NCBI GenBank assembly: GCA_041635475.1 | Contig: JBFKVA010000004.1 | Location: forward strand, 2,640-66,639 | Origin: Acidimicrobiia bacterium | GTDB taxonomy: Bacteria > Actinomycetota > Acidimicrobiia > Spongiisociales > JAENVV01 | Reading direction: 5' to 3' | Length of the DNA: 64,000 nt | Shown here: positions 9,352-18,584 of the stretch, piece after piece | How the letters are laid out: every line of letters starts with the position of its first letter | Numbering within the stretch: position 1 is the stretch's first letter | Position numbers and translations under genes: made by a program | The notes under the pieces: generated by a model | Seen by the model: only the letters and a program-made list of their open reading frames with translations | What the model was told of the DNA's origin: nothing | Databases searched by the model: none

Positions 9352-10437
9352 TCACACGACCCCGCCGTGCGTCGCCCGGAACTCGCGCATGAGATCGACG
9401 AGCGCCCCAACGCCCTCGTCGGTCATGGCGGCGTACACGGAAGCCCGCAGCCCGCCCACGCTGCGATGGCCTTTGAGGCCGATCATGCCCCGACCAGCCG
9501 CCTCGCCCACGAACACCGCCTCCAGCTCCTCCGACGGCAGCCGCCACACGACATTCATGTGTGACCGATCCGATGCTGCCACCGGTGACCGGTACCAACC
9601 CTCGTCGATCACGGCGTAGAGCATCGCCGACCTCCGGGCCGCTGCCGCCTCGATGGCGCCCACCCCGCCCTGGCGCTCCATCCACCGCAGCACCTTGCCC
9701 GTCATCCAGATCGTGAACACGGGCGGCGTGTTGTACATCGACTCCTTGGCGGCGTGGATCGAGTAGCGGAGATAGGCGGCCAGGTCGTCGTTGGCACCGG
9801 CCAGCACCGACCGGCGGAGGTAGACCACCGCCATGCCTGCCGGGCCCAGGTTCTTCTGGACACCACCGAACACGACATCAACGAGATCCCACGGAATCGG
9901 ACGGGCCAGGTACTCGGACGACATGTCCACCACGAGCGGGACCCCGACGTTCGGCCATTCGGGGTAGCGAATCCCCCCGATCGTCTCGTTCGAGCAGATG
10001 TGGAGATAGCGGGCATCATCGGGAACGTCGAGTTCACCCGGCGCCGGCATGCGCGCGTAGCCGTGGTCGGCTCCGTCCCAGGCAACGCGCAGGTCGCCGT
10101 GGTGGGACCCGTCGGTGAGGGCGAGCCGTGACCAGGACCCGGTGACGGACACGGACGCGAACCGGCCGCCCGCCAGCAGGTTCATGGGCAGCATGGCGAA
10201 CTGGAGCGTCGCCCCGCCCTGGATGAAGAGAATGTCGAAGTCGTCGGGGGCCCCGGCGACGGACCGGGCCAAGGCAAGGGCTTCGTGGTGAACGGACGTG
10301 AACTCGGCGCCCCGGTGACTCAACTCGATGAGCGAGGCCCCGGCGCCGTGGTAGTCGACGAACTCCGCCTCGGCCTCCTCGAGCACTTCGAGCGGGAGCG
10401 TGCACGGACCGGCAGAGAAGTTCCATACGCGTGCCAT
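9352..10437 (-). CDS. serC: 3-phosphoserine/phosphohydroxythreonine aminotransferase
   Basis: MARVWNFSAGPCTLPLEVLEEA, IELSHRG and FIQGGATLQF are hallmark SerC segments. Confidence 0.9.
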   Translation of the reverse strand: MARVWNFSAGPCTLPLEVLEEAEAEFVDYHGAGASLIELSHRGAEFTSVHHEALALARSVAGAPDDFDILFIQGGATLQFAMLPMNLLAGGRFASVSVTGSWSRLALTDGSHHGDLRVAWDGADHGYARMPAPGELDVPDDARYLHICSNETIGGIRYPEWPNVGVPLVVDMSSEYLARPIPWDLVDVVFGGVQKNLGPAGMAVVYLRRSVLAGANDDLAAYLRYSIHAAKESMYNTPPVFTIWMTGKVLRWMERQGGVGAIEAAAARRSAMLYAVIDEGWYRSPVAASDRSHMNVVWRLPSEELEAVFVGEAAGRGMIGLKGHRSVGGLRASVYAAMTDEGVGALVDLMREFRATHGGVV

Positions 10438-10473
10438 GGCCGGAAGCCTAAGCGGAGGATGGGGACAGACGAA

Positions 10474-10755
10474 CTAGGACAGGATGGCCAGGAGGATGCC
10501 GACGACCACCGCCAACCCTGCCGCCACGCTCGCCCATGTCGTCCACTGGGGAGGGCCCTGGGGCGGGTCGGGAAGCGGTACGCCGAGGATCTCCGCCGCC
10601 TCCGGGATCCGGGTCTCCTCGACCACGAGGCGGTAGTCGGCCATCTCCTGCATCGCCGAGAAGTCGGACACGCGCGCCGCGATCCCGGCTGCCTCGAGCG
10701 AGGCCCTGGCCAGTTCGGCGTCGGCTGCGAGGGCAAAGGTGGTGAGCTCTCTCAC
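10474..10755 (-). CDS. small protein with DUF2007-like N-domain and C-terminal TM helix
   Basis: 93 aa ORF ending in WASVAAGLAVVVGILLAILS. Weak family assignment. Confidence 0.4.
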   Translation of the reverse strand: MRELTTFALAADAELARASLEAAGIAARVSDFSAMQEMADYRLVVEETRIPEAAEILGVPLPDPPQGPPQWTTWASVAAGLAVVVGILLAILS

Positions 10756-10832
10756 ATCGGGAGGCTACCCCGGACCCCCATTCGCCGAACGGTACCGAGA
10801 ACTGCGATTTGATACCGTGCTAACTTCAGTGC

Positions 10833-12431
10833 GTGCCGGCCATCACCTCGCGCATCGACCCCCGTTCCGACGAGTTCGCCCAGACCCGGGCGGAGAACCT
10901 GGCGATCCTCGCCGAGTACGAGCAGCTCATGAACGAGTCGCGGGCGGGGGGCGGCCCCAAGTACGTCGACCGCCATCGGGAACGAGGCAAGCTCCTCGTC
11001 CGGGAGCGCATGGAACTCCTCCTCGACCGCGACTCCCCTTTCTACGAGCTGAGCCCGATCGCCGGCTGGGGACAGTCGTACCCGATCTCGGGGAGCAACG
11101 TCACAGGTATCGGCGTCATCAGCGGGGTCGAATGCATGCTGACCGGCCACGACGCCACGATTCGGGGCGGCGCTTCCAACCCGATCAGCCTGGCCAAGAC
11201 TCTTCGGGCCCAGGACATCGCCACCGCCAACCGACTCCCCCTCGTGAACCTCGTCGAGTCGGGGGGCGCCGACCTGCCAACCCAAGCCGACATCTGGCTC
11301 CCGGGAGGGAAGTGGTTTCGCAACCTCACGAACATGTCCAAGGCGGGAATCCCCACCATCGCCATCGTCTTTGGCAACTCCACGGCCGGCGGGGCGTACG
11401 TCCCCGGGATGTGCGACTACGCCGTCATGATCAAGGACCGTTCGATGGTCTTCCTCGGTGGTCGACCCCTCGTGAAGATGGCCACCGGTGAGGACGCCAC
11501 CGAGGAGGAGTTGGGCGGCGCCGACATGCACTGTCGGGTGTCGGGCGTGGGCGACTACTACGCCATCGACGAGTACGACGCCCTGCGGATCGGACGCGAG
11601 ATCGTCGCCCACCTCAACTGGCGCAAGGCCGGGTACGGCCCCGTCCGCGCCCCCGTCGAACCGCTCTACGACCCGGAAGACCTCCTCGGCATCGTGCAGT
11701 CGGACCTTCGCAAGCCGTACGACATGCGAGAAGTGCTCGCCCGGGTCGTGGACGGGTCGGACATCGACGAGTACAAGCAACTCTACGGGCAGTCCCTCCT
11801 CACCTGCTGGGCCCACATCCACGGCTTCCCGGTCGGGGTCATCGCCAACCAGCAAGGCGTGCTGTTCTCCGAGGAGGCCCAGAAGGCCACCGAGTTCATC
11901 CAGCTCTGCAACCAGTACGACCAGCCGATCATCTTCATCCACAACACGACGGGGTACATGGTCGGCACCGAGTACGAGCAGGGTGGGATCATCAAGGACG
12001 GCGCCAAGATGATCAACGCCGTCGCCAACTCGACGGTCCCCCACATCGCCATCATGGCGGGAAGCTCATACGGGGCCGGCAACTACGGCATGTCGGGCCA
12101 CGCCTACCGACCCCGGTTCATCGTGGGCTGGCCGACCTACAAAGGAGCGGTCATGGGAGCCGAGCAACTCTCGGGCGTCCTCTCCATCGTGGCTCGGGAG
12201 AGCGCCGAGTCGATGGGCAGGGAGTTCGACGAGGAGGCCGACGCCCAGCGCTCGGCCCTCATCCACGCCCAGATCACCCACGAGGAGTCGGCCTTCTACA
12301 ACTCGGGACGGGTCCGGGACGACGGCCTCATCGACCCTCGGGACACCCGCACGGCCCTCGGCATCCTGCTCAGTGCCGTCCACTCGGCGCCGGTCAAGGG
12401 GACGAACGAGTGGGGCGTGTTCCGGATGTGA
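10833..12431 (+). CDS. acyl-CoA carboxylase carboxyltransferase (beta) subunit, methylcrotonoyl/geranyl-CoA carboxylase-like
   Basis: 532 aa, GTG start. GGGPKYVDRHRERGKL, NLVESGGADL and GNSTAGGAYVPGM motifs. Confidence 0.9.
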   Translation: MPAITSRIDPRSDEFAQTRAENLAILAEYEQLMNESRAGGGPKYVDRHRERGKLLVRERMELLLDRDSPFYELSPIAGWGQSYPISGSNVTGIGVISGVECMLTGHDATIRGGASNPISLAKTLRAQDIATANRLPLVNLVESGGADLPTQADIWLPGGKWFRNLTNMSKAGIPTIAIVFGNSTAGGAYVPGMCDYAVMIKDRSMVFLGGRPLVKMATGEDATEEELGGADMHCRVSGVGDYYAIDEYDALRIGREIVAHLNWRKAGYGPVRAPVEPLYDPEDLLGIVQSDLRKPYDMREVLARVVDGSDIDEYKQLYGQSLLTCWAHIHGFPVGVIANQQGVLFSEEAQKATEFIQLCNQYDQPIIFIHNTTGYMVGTEYEQGGIIKDGAKMINAVANSTVPHIAIMAGSSYGAGNYGMSGHAYRPRFIVGWPTYKGAVMGAEQLSGVLSIVARESAESMGREFDEEADAQRSALIHAQITHEESAFYNSGRVRDDGLIDPRDTRTALGILLSAVHSAPVKGTNEWGVFRM

Positions 12432-12490
12432 GAGGGAGCACGGAGAACGAAGTACGGAGCACGGGGAGTGAAGGGCGAAGTGGACAAGCA

Positions 12491-14461
12491 ATGATCAAGA
12501 AGGTCTTGGTAGCAAACCGGGGCGAGATCGCCCGCCGCATCATCGCGACCTGCCGCGACATGGGCATCGCGACGGTCGCCGTGTTCTCCGACCCGGACGC
12601 CGGCGCACCGTTCGTCAACGAGGCCGACCAGGCGGTCGCCCTCGGGGGGGCTTCGCCCACCGAGTCGTACCTCCGCATCGACGCCCTCCTCGACGCAGCC
12701 GCCCGCACCGGCGCCGACGCCGTCCACCCCGGTTACGGCTTCCTCGCCGAGAACGCCGAGTTCGCCCGGGCGTGCGTGGACGCCGGGCTCACGTTCATCG
12801 GGCCCACCGCCTCCACGATCGAGGCGATGGGCTCGAAGCTCGAGTCGAAGCGGATCATGACCGAGGCGGGGGTCCCCACGCTGCCCTCCCGGGAGATCGA
12901 CCCGTCCCACCCCGACGATGTCCTGTCGGCGGGTGAGGCCATCGGCTACCCGGTCCTCGTCAAGGCGTCAGCCGGCGGAGGTGGCAAGGGCATGCGAATC
13001 GTGCGGGACGCCGCCGACCTCGTCGAGGCGGCCCTGGGTGCGGCCCGGGAGGCCGCATCCTCCTTCGGCGATGCCACCGTGTTCCTCGAGAAGTACCTCG
13101 ACGAGCCTCGCCACGTCGAGATCCAGGTATTCGGGGACACCCACGGCAACGTCATCAGCCTCTTCGAACGGGAGTGCTCGATCCAGCGCCGGCATCAGAA
13201 GATCATCGAAGAGTGCCCCTCCCCGGCCCTCGACACCGACCTCCGGGCCCGGATGAGCGAGGCGGCCATCGCCGCCGGCAAGGCCGTGTCCTACGTTGGG
13301 GCGGGGACCGTCGAGTTCCTCCTCGATGCCTCGGGGGCGTTCTGGTTCCTGGAGACGAACACGCGGCTCCAGGTCGAGCACCCCGTCACCGAGATGGTCA
13401 CGGGCCTCGACCTCGTCCGGCTCCAGGTGATCGTCGCCGAGGGAGACCCGCTGCCGCCAGACGCCACCGAGGCGATGATCCACGGACACGCCATCGAAGC
13501 CCGGCTGTACGCCGAGGACCCGACCAACTCGTTCCTCCCGGCCACGGGCACGGTGCACTCGTTCTCGATCACGGAGGACGTTCGAGTCGACTCGGCCGTC
13601 GAGTCCGGATCGGTGGTGAGTGTCCACTACGACCCCATGATCGCCAAGGTCATCGCCTGGGCTCCCACCAGGCACGAGGCGGCCCGGGTCCTGGCGTCGG
13701 CCCTGGCCGGCGCCCGGATCCACGGCGTCACCACCAACCGGGAACTCCTCGTACGCATCCTTCGGGAGGAGGAGTTCCTCGCCGGGAGGACCGACACGCA
13801 CTACCTCGAGCGCCACGATCCGGCCACCATGGGGGGCCCGCTCACGACCGACGTGCGGCGTCACGCCCTGGCTGCGGCGCTGTTCGCCCAAGGGGAACGC
13901 CGGCGGCATGCCGGGCCTCTCGCCTCGGTGCCATCGGGATGGCGCAACTCGCCGTCCCAACTCCAGCGCACGACGTTCCGGGTGGGAACGAAGGACATCG
14001 AAGTCGGATACCTGTTCGGAAGGACCGGCCTGACGGCAGAGGTGGACGGCGACCCCATCGACGACGCGATCCTCGTCGAAGAGAGTCCGGCTGGGGTCCT
14101 GCTTCGCCTGGGTGGTGTCCAGGAGTTCTATTCGGTGACCCATGCCGGCGACACGTGGTTCGTGGATGGGCCGGAAGGGGCGACGACGCTGGTCGAACTG
14201 CCCCGCTTCCCCGGCCAGGACGTCGAGGAGCACACCGGCTCCCTCGTGGCACCGATGCCGGGGAAGGTGATCCGGATCGACGTCGAGGAGGGCGCCGTCG
14301 TTGCCAAGGGCCAGGTCCTCGTGGTCGTCGAGGCCATGAAGATGGAGCACTCCGTCAGGTCGCCGGTCGCCGGGACCGTCACCCACATCACCATCGTGGA
14401 GGGACAACAGGTCGACGGGGGCGAGGTGATGGTGGTCGTGGAGGATCGAGAGTCCGAGTAA
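12491..14461 (+). CDS. acyl-CoA carboxylase alpha subunit (biotin carboxylase plus biotinyl carrier domain)
   Basis: MIKKVLVANRGEIARRII. ATP-grasp KASAGGGGKGMR. C-terminal EAMKMEH biotinylation motif. Confidence 0.9.
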   Translation: MIKKVLVANRGEIARRIIATCRDMGIATVAVFSDPDAGAPFVNEADQAVALGGASPTESYLRIDALLDAAARTGADAVHPGYGFLAENAEFARACVDAGLTFIGPTASTIEAMGSKLESKRIMTEAGVPTLPSREIDPSHPDDVLSAGEAIGYPVLVKASAGGGGKGMRIVRDAADLVEAALGAAREAASSFGDATVFLEKYLDEPRHVEIQVFGDTHGNVISLFERECSIQRRHQKIIEECPSPALDTDLRARMSEAAIAAGKAVSYVGAGTVEFLLDASGAFWFLETNTRLQVEHPVTEMVTGLDLVRLQVIVAEGDPLPPDATEAMIHGHAIEARLYAEDPTNSFLPATGTVHSFSITEDVRVDSAVESGSVVSVHYDPMIAKVIAWAPTRHEAARVLASALAGARIHGVTTNRELLVRILREEEFLAGRTDTHYLERHDPATMGGPLTTDVRRHALAAALFAQGERRRHAGPLASVPSGWRNSPSQLQRTTFRVGTKDIEVGYLFGRTGLTAEVDGDPIDDAILVEESPAGVLLRLGGVQEFYSVTHAGDTWFVDGPEGATTLVELPRFPGQDVEEHTGSLVAPMPGKVIRIDVEEGAVVAKGQVLVVVEAMKMEHSVRSPVAGTVTHITIVEGQQVDGGEVMVVVEDRESE

Positions 14462-14512
14462 CCGTCGACGTTGACGGCGGGTCTGATCCTCTACACGTCT
14501 CAAGGAGACACC

Positions 14513-14638
14513 ATGGCCCTCGAGGTGGAAGCCACGAGGTATCGCTGCACCGAATGCAACCGGGTCGTGTACACCTACGTGCCGGAACGGTGTTGCGAGT
14601 TCACGATGCTCGCCGAGCCCAGTCCCGACCGGAAATAG
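14513..14638 (+). CDS. 41-aa Cys-rich small ORF (zinc-ribbon-like)
   Basis: AAGGAG 7 nt upstream of the ATG. MALEVEATRYRCTECNRVVYTYVPERCCEFTMLAEPSPDRK. Third codon positions mostly G/C. Below the ORF-track size cut-off. Confidence 0.35.
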   Translation: MALEVEATRYRCTECNRVVYTYVPERCCEFTMLAEPSPDRK

Positions 14639-14640
14639 CC

Positions 14641-15408
14641 TCAGGCCGGGGTGGGGGTCGCCCGCCACGTATCCAGGGTTCCCTGGATGGCGTCGCGGGC
14701 CCTCTGCAGCACCTCGGCCGGGTCCTCGTCGGCCGCCCGCTTGATCGGGTCGAGCACTCGCATACGCAGGTCCACTCCCCATGGCACCGGCAGGAACTTG
14801 TCCTTGAGAAGCTGCCAGGAACCGTCGATCGCGACCGGGACGACCTCGAGGTCAGGTGCCGCCTCCATGAGTGCGGCGAACCCCGCCCGCTTGAAGGGGC
14901 GGAGCAGGCCGTCCCGGGATCGCTTGCCTTCCGCGAAGATGACCGGCGACACCCCCTTCTCCTGGGCCGCCCGGCCGAACGCCATGAGGCGGGCGACCGC
15001 GTCGGACCCCTTCGCCCGGTCGATGATGAGGTGTCCGCCCCGCCGAACGTTGTACGACACGGTGGGGATCCACTTGGCCAGTTCCCGCTTCGTCACGAAT
15101 TTCGGGAAGTTCGACCGGAGCCTGCCTCCGATGAGCGCGATGTCGACCATGCTCTGGTGGTTGGAGACGAAGAGGTAGCCGGTCCCGTCCGCCACCTCGG
15201 CAGACCGCTCCACGATCACCCGGGCGCCCGAGGCCCGGAAGACCGGGAGGAGCGCCGCTTGGGTCCACTGGGCCACGACCGACATCGTTCGTTCGCCGAA
15301 CAGACGCACGACCCGCAGGATCGGATCGGCCAGGGCCAGCACGGCTCCGAACCCGATCACGGTGGGGATGGTCGTCACCCAGTCACGGGCCCTCGTAAAT
15401 GCGGTCAT
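14641..15408 (-). CDS. 1-acyl-sn-glycerol-3-phosphate (lysophospholipid) acyltransferase
   Basis: NHQSMVD (HX4D) and FAEGKRS motifs. Start MTAFTRARD lies inside track ORF 14641..15585. Confidence 0.85.
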   Translation of the reverse strand: MTAFTRARDWVTTIPTVIGFGAVLALADPILRVVRLFGERTMSVVAQWTQAALLPVFRASGARVIVERSAEVADGTGYLFVSNHQSMVDIALIGGRLRSNFPKFVTKRELAKWIPTVSYNVRRGGHLIIDRAKGSDAVARLMAFGRAAQEKGVSPVIFAEGKRSRDGLLRPFKRAGFAALMEAAPDLEVVPVAIDGSWQLLKDKFLPVPWGVDLRMRVLDPIKRAADEDPAEVLQRARDAIQGTLDTWRATPTPA

Positions 15409-15418
15409 GGCCCCGATT

Positions 15419-16045
15419 CTACGAAGCGACCTCGACAACAAGCGGGGGTCGGAGGTCGAACCGGGGGAGGAAGAACTGGACCGAGGGGCCGATGAGCACG
15501 GCGAAGACGAGGGTCCCCAATCCGGCCACGCCGCCCAGGAGCCACCCGATGGCCAGCACCGTGACCTCGATGATCGTCCGGGCAACGCGGATCGACATGC
15601 CCCGCCGGGCCATGCCGGTCATCACCCCGTCGCGTGGTCCGGGACCGAGGGCAGCGCCGATGTAGAGTCCGGACCCGAACCCGATCACGACGACCCCGCC
15701 CACCATGTACACCCAACCCAGGGCGCCGTCGGCCCCCGGGAGCAGGGCGAGGACGACGTCGATCACCGGGCCGATGATGAGCACGTTCAACACCGTCCCC
15801 ACCCCCCACCGCTCGCCCAGGGGGATCCACAGGAGCAGGACGACGATGCCGGTGAGGACCGTGATCGTGCCCAACGACAGCCCCGACCTGACGCTCACCC
15901 CCTGGTGGAACACCATCCACGGCGAAAGCCCGAGGTCCGCCTTCACCATGAGGGAGATGCCGGACCCGAATGCGACGAGTCCGGCCAGGAGCTGGATCAG
16001 TCGACGGGGGCGTCGGTCGGTCGGGAACGGGAGCATGGAGGTCAC
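15419..16045 (-). CDS. YczE/YitT-like membrane protein
   Basis: 208 aa with 5-6 TM helices. DLGLSPWMVFHQG segment resembles the YczE family. Confidence 0.5.
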   Translation of the reverse strand: MTSMLPFPTDRRPRRLIQLLAGLVAFGSGISLMVKADLGLSPWMVFHQGVSVRSGLSLGTITVLTGIVVLLLWIPLGERWGVGTVLNVLIIGPVIDVVLALLPGADGALGWVYMVGGVVVIGFGSGLYIGAALGPGPRDGVMTGMARRGMSIRVARTIIEVTVLAIGWLLGGVAGLGTLVFAVLIGPSVQFFLPRFDLRPPLVVEVAS

Positions 16046-16115
16046 GAGCCTATGGCGGGCCGTGGCCTACCGCAGCTCTTGACACCCTTCTGGCGCGTCT
16101 CGATAGGCTCCCGGC

Positions 16116-17003
16116 ATGCGGTCGTTCGTCACCCACTCGGTCCCCGTCGCCGGCGGGACGCTGCGGGCCATCGAGTGGGGTCCCGGCACCGGGAGGGCTA
16201 CGGTGATCGCGGTCCATGGGATCACTGCCAACTCCCGGAGCATGATCAGCCTGGCGGAGGTGGTTGACCCGGCGGTGCGCCTGGTGGCGGTCGACCTGCG
16301 AGGACGCGGTGACTCGTGCGACCTGCCCGGTCCCTACGGCATGGAAGCCCACGCCCGCGACGTGGAGTCGGTCGCCGACCACCTCGGCGTCGACGCGATC
16401 GTCCTGCTCGGCCACTCCATGGGTGCGGTGGTGTCCACCATGTCCGCCCTGCTCATGCCGGGCCGTGTCGCAGGCCTCGTGTTCGTCGACGGCGGCCTAC
16501 CCCTCCCGATCCCGGCCGACGTGGACCCCGAGCTCGTGCTGGGAGCAGTGCTCGGACCCGCCCTCGCTCGCCTCTCGATGACCTTCGACTCGATGTCCGC
16601 GTACTTCGACTTCTGGCGACAGCATCCTGCCTTCACCGAGTGGAACCAGGCCGTCGAGGCCTACCTTCGGTACGACGTGGGGGGTGAGGAGCGGGCCCTG
16701 CGCCCCCGGGCGAGCCAGGCCGCCATCACGGAGGACGGCTCGGACATCATCATCAACCATGGAACCACCACCCACCTCCGACGGGTGTCACAGCCCATCG
16801 AGGTGCTGCGGGTCGACCGAGGGATCATGAACGAACCACCGGGCATGATCCCCCCGGAGGTGTACGAACCGGTCGTGACAGCCATGCCCAACCTCGCCGT
16901 GACCTCATCGTCGGCCTTCAATCACTACTCCGTCCTCACGACCGAGGCGGGGGCCGCGACGGTGAACGAGGCCCTCGAGCGCCTCCTGGCCCGCATCTCG
17001 TGA
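16116..17003 (+). CDS. alpha/beta hydrolase
   Basis: VIAVHGITANS and nucleophile elbow GHSMGA. Confidence 0.8.
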   Translation: MRSFVTHSVPVAGGTLRAIEWGPGTGRATVIAVHGITANSRSMISLAEVVDPAVRLVAVDLRGRGDSCDLPGPYGMEAHARDVESVADHLGVDAIVLLGHSMGAVVSTMSALLMPGRVAGLVFVDGGLPLPIPADVDPELVLGAVLGPALARLSMTFDSMSAYFDFWRQHPAFTEWNQAVEAYLRYDVGGEERALRPRASQAAITEDGSDIIINHGTTTHLRRVSQPIEVLRVDRGIMNEPPGMIPPEVYEPVVTAMPNLAVTSSSAFNHYSVLTTEAGAATVNEALERLLARIS

Positions 17004-17013
17004 ACGCCTGACC

Positions 17014-17835
17014 TCAGGCGAGGAGCAGTACCGCCCCCACACCGAGCACGACGCCCATGACTTGGATCGGCAGCGGACGCTCCTTGAGGTACAGCACTGC
17101 CGCCGCCACCGTGAACACCGGGTACAGGCTGCCGAGAACGGCCACGATCGAGAGCGGGCCCCGCTGGGCGGCCAGCACGATGAACACGTTGGCGAGCATG
17201 TCGAGGACGCCGGCGGTGAGCACCCACCGCAGGTAGCCCGCCACCGGCGGCCATCGGTCGGGCCCGGCCAGCGAAAGCGAGATCCCGATCGACGCTGCCC
17301 GGGCGGGCACGAGTGGCCACAGGCCGGCGGCCTCCGACGTGAACGACATGGCGACGAAGAAGGACCCGAAGAACACTCCCGCCCCGAGCGCCATCCACAC
17401 CGGTCGTCGGTCGATTGGCGTCCCCGCGCCCTGCCAGGTGACGGCAACGATGGCGGCCATGGCCAGCGTGATGCCCACCACCTGGAAAGGGCCCAGCGCC
17501 TCGCACCGGAGCAGTCCGACTCCCACCGAGAACACCGCCCCGGCCGCCGCCGACACCGGAGCGACCACGGACATCACCCCCGACGCCAGCGCCCGGTAGA
17601 GGAGGTTGAGCCCGAGCATGCCGGCCACCCCGGCCACCGCGCCGAACGCGAGGTCGGCCGCCCCGACCGACGGGGCGGGGACGATGACCAAACCCCCGGC
17701 CAGCACCAAGACCCCGACCAGTTGGGTCCAACCGACGACGGCCCAGGCCGAACGGGACTTCGCCGTGAAACCCCCGGCGAAGTCGGCGAGGCCGTAGGCG
17801 ACCGCCGACGCGAGCGCGAGGAGGCCGGGGTTCAC
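17014..17835 (-). CDS. EamA/DMT family transporter
   Basis: LALASAVAYGLADFAGG and 10 TM helices. 4-nt overlap with the upstream gene. Confidence 0.8.
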   Translation of the reverse strand: MNPGLLALASAVAYGLADFAGGFTAKSRSAWAVVGWTQLVGVLVLAGGLVIVPAPSVGAADLAFGAVAGVAGMLGLNLLYRALASGVMSVVAPVSAAAGAVFSVGVGLLRCEALGPFQVVGITLAMAAIVAVTWQGAGTPIDRRPVWMALGAGVFFGSFFVAMSFTSEAAGLWPLVPARAASIGISLSLAGPDRWPPVAGYLRWVLTAGVLDMLANVFIVLAAQRGPLSIVAVLGSLYPVFTVAAAVLYLKERPLPIQVMGVVLGVGAVLLLA

Positions 17836-18524
17836 GGGCGAAGGCGACCCATGAACCGTTCTCGGTCCCGGTTCCAGCCCTCGACATCGATGGCCCGTGC
17901 TTCCACCTGGCGCAGGCGTGCCTTGGTGGCGGCCACGACCTCCGGCTGGAGGTCCTGCTGGTGATCGAGCAGGAGGAGGGCGGCTTCGACCGCCTCGCCC
18001 GACCGGGCCACGCGGGCCACGAGACCCGCCGACACCGCCTCGACGGCGGGGATCCGGTCGTTCACGTGGAAGAGCCGCGCCACCGTCTGATGGGGGAGCC
18101 GACTGGCAAGGAGGTCGAGTCCCTCCGGCCGGTAGAGGACACCGAGCTTGGTGGCCGGTATCTCGAAGAAGGCACGTTCGTCGCAGACCCGGATGTCACA
18201 CGACATCGCCAGCTCGACCCCACCCCCGACACAGGCCCCGTTGATCGCCCCCACGATCGGGAGCGGTGAGTCCAGGAGACGACGGGACAACCGCGCCAGC
18301 GCCTCCTCGAGCCCGGTCCCACGGGCACGCAGGTCGTCGAAGTCGGCCCCGGCGCAGAAGACGCCGTCGCTCCCGGTGACGACCACACCTCGCGTCCCGT
18401 CGGCCTCGATCTCGTCGAGGAGGGCGACGAGGCTCGTCATGAGTTCGACGGAGAGCGCGTTGCGGCGGTGTGGGCGATTGAGGGCGACGACCGCGATGGC
18501 GCCGAAGCGCTCGGTGAGGAGCAT
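17832..18524 (-). CDS. enoyl-CoA hydratase/isomerase family protein
   Basis: VALNRPHRRNAL, FCAGADF and GACVGGGVELA crotonase motifs. Confidence 0.85.
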   Translation of the reverse strand: MLLTERFGAIAVVALNRPHRRNALSVELMTSLVALLDEIEADGTRGVVVTGSDGVFCAGADFDDLRARGTGLEEALARLSRRLLDSPLPIVGAINGACVGGGVELAMSCDIRVCDERAFFEIPATKLGVLYRPEGLDLLASRLPHQTVARLFHVNDRIPAVEAVSAGLVARVARSGEAVEAALLLLDHQQDLQPEVVAATKARLRQVEARAIDVEGWNRDRERFMGRLRP

Positions 18525-18584
18525 GGCGACAGCCTACGTCGGGCGGGCGCACCTGGCCCCATCGTCCGTCCGTAGGCTCTCACG

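Noticed and set aside
16079-16109. TTGACA-19 nt-TAGGCT upstream of the alpha/beta hydrolase ATG at 16116 (possible leaderless promoter)
   Set aside because: The spacer is longer than optimal and there is no supporting dyad or conservation evidence. Too weak to list as a feature.
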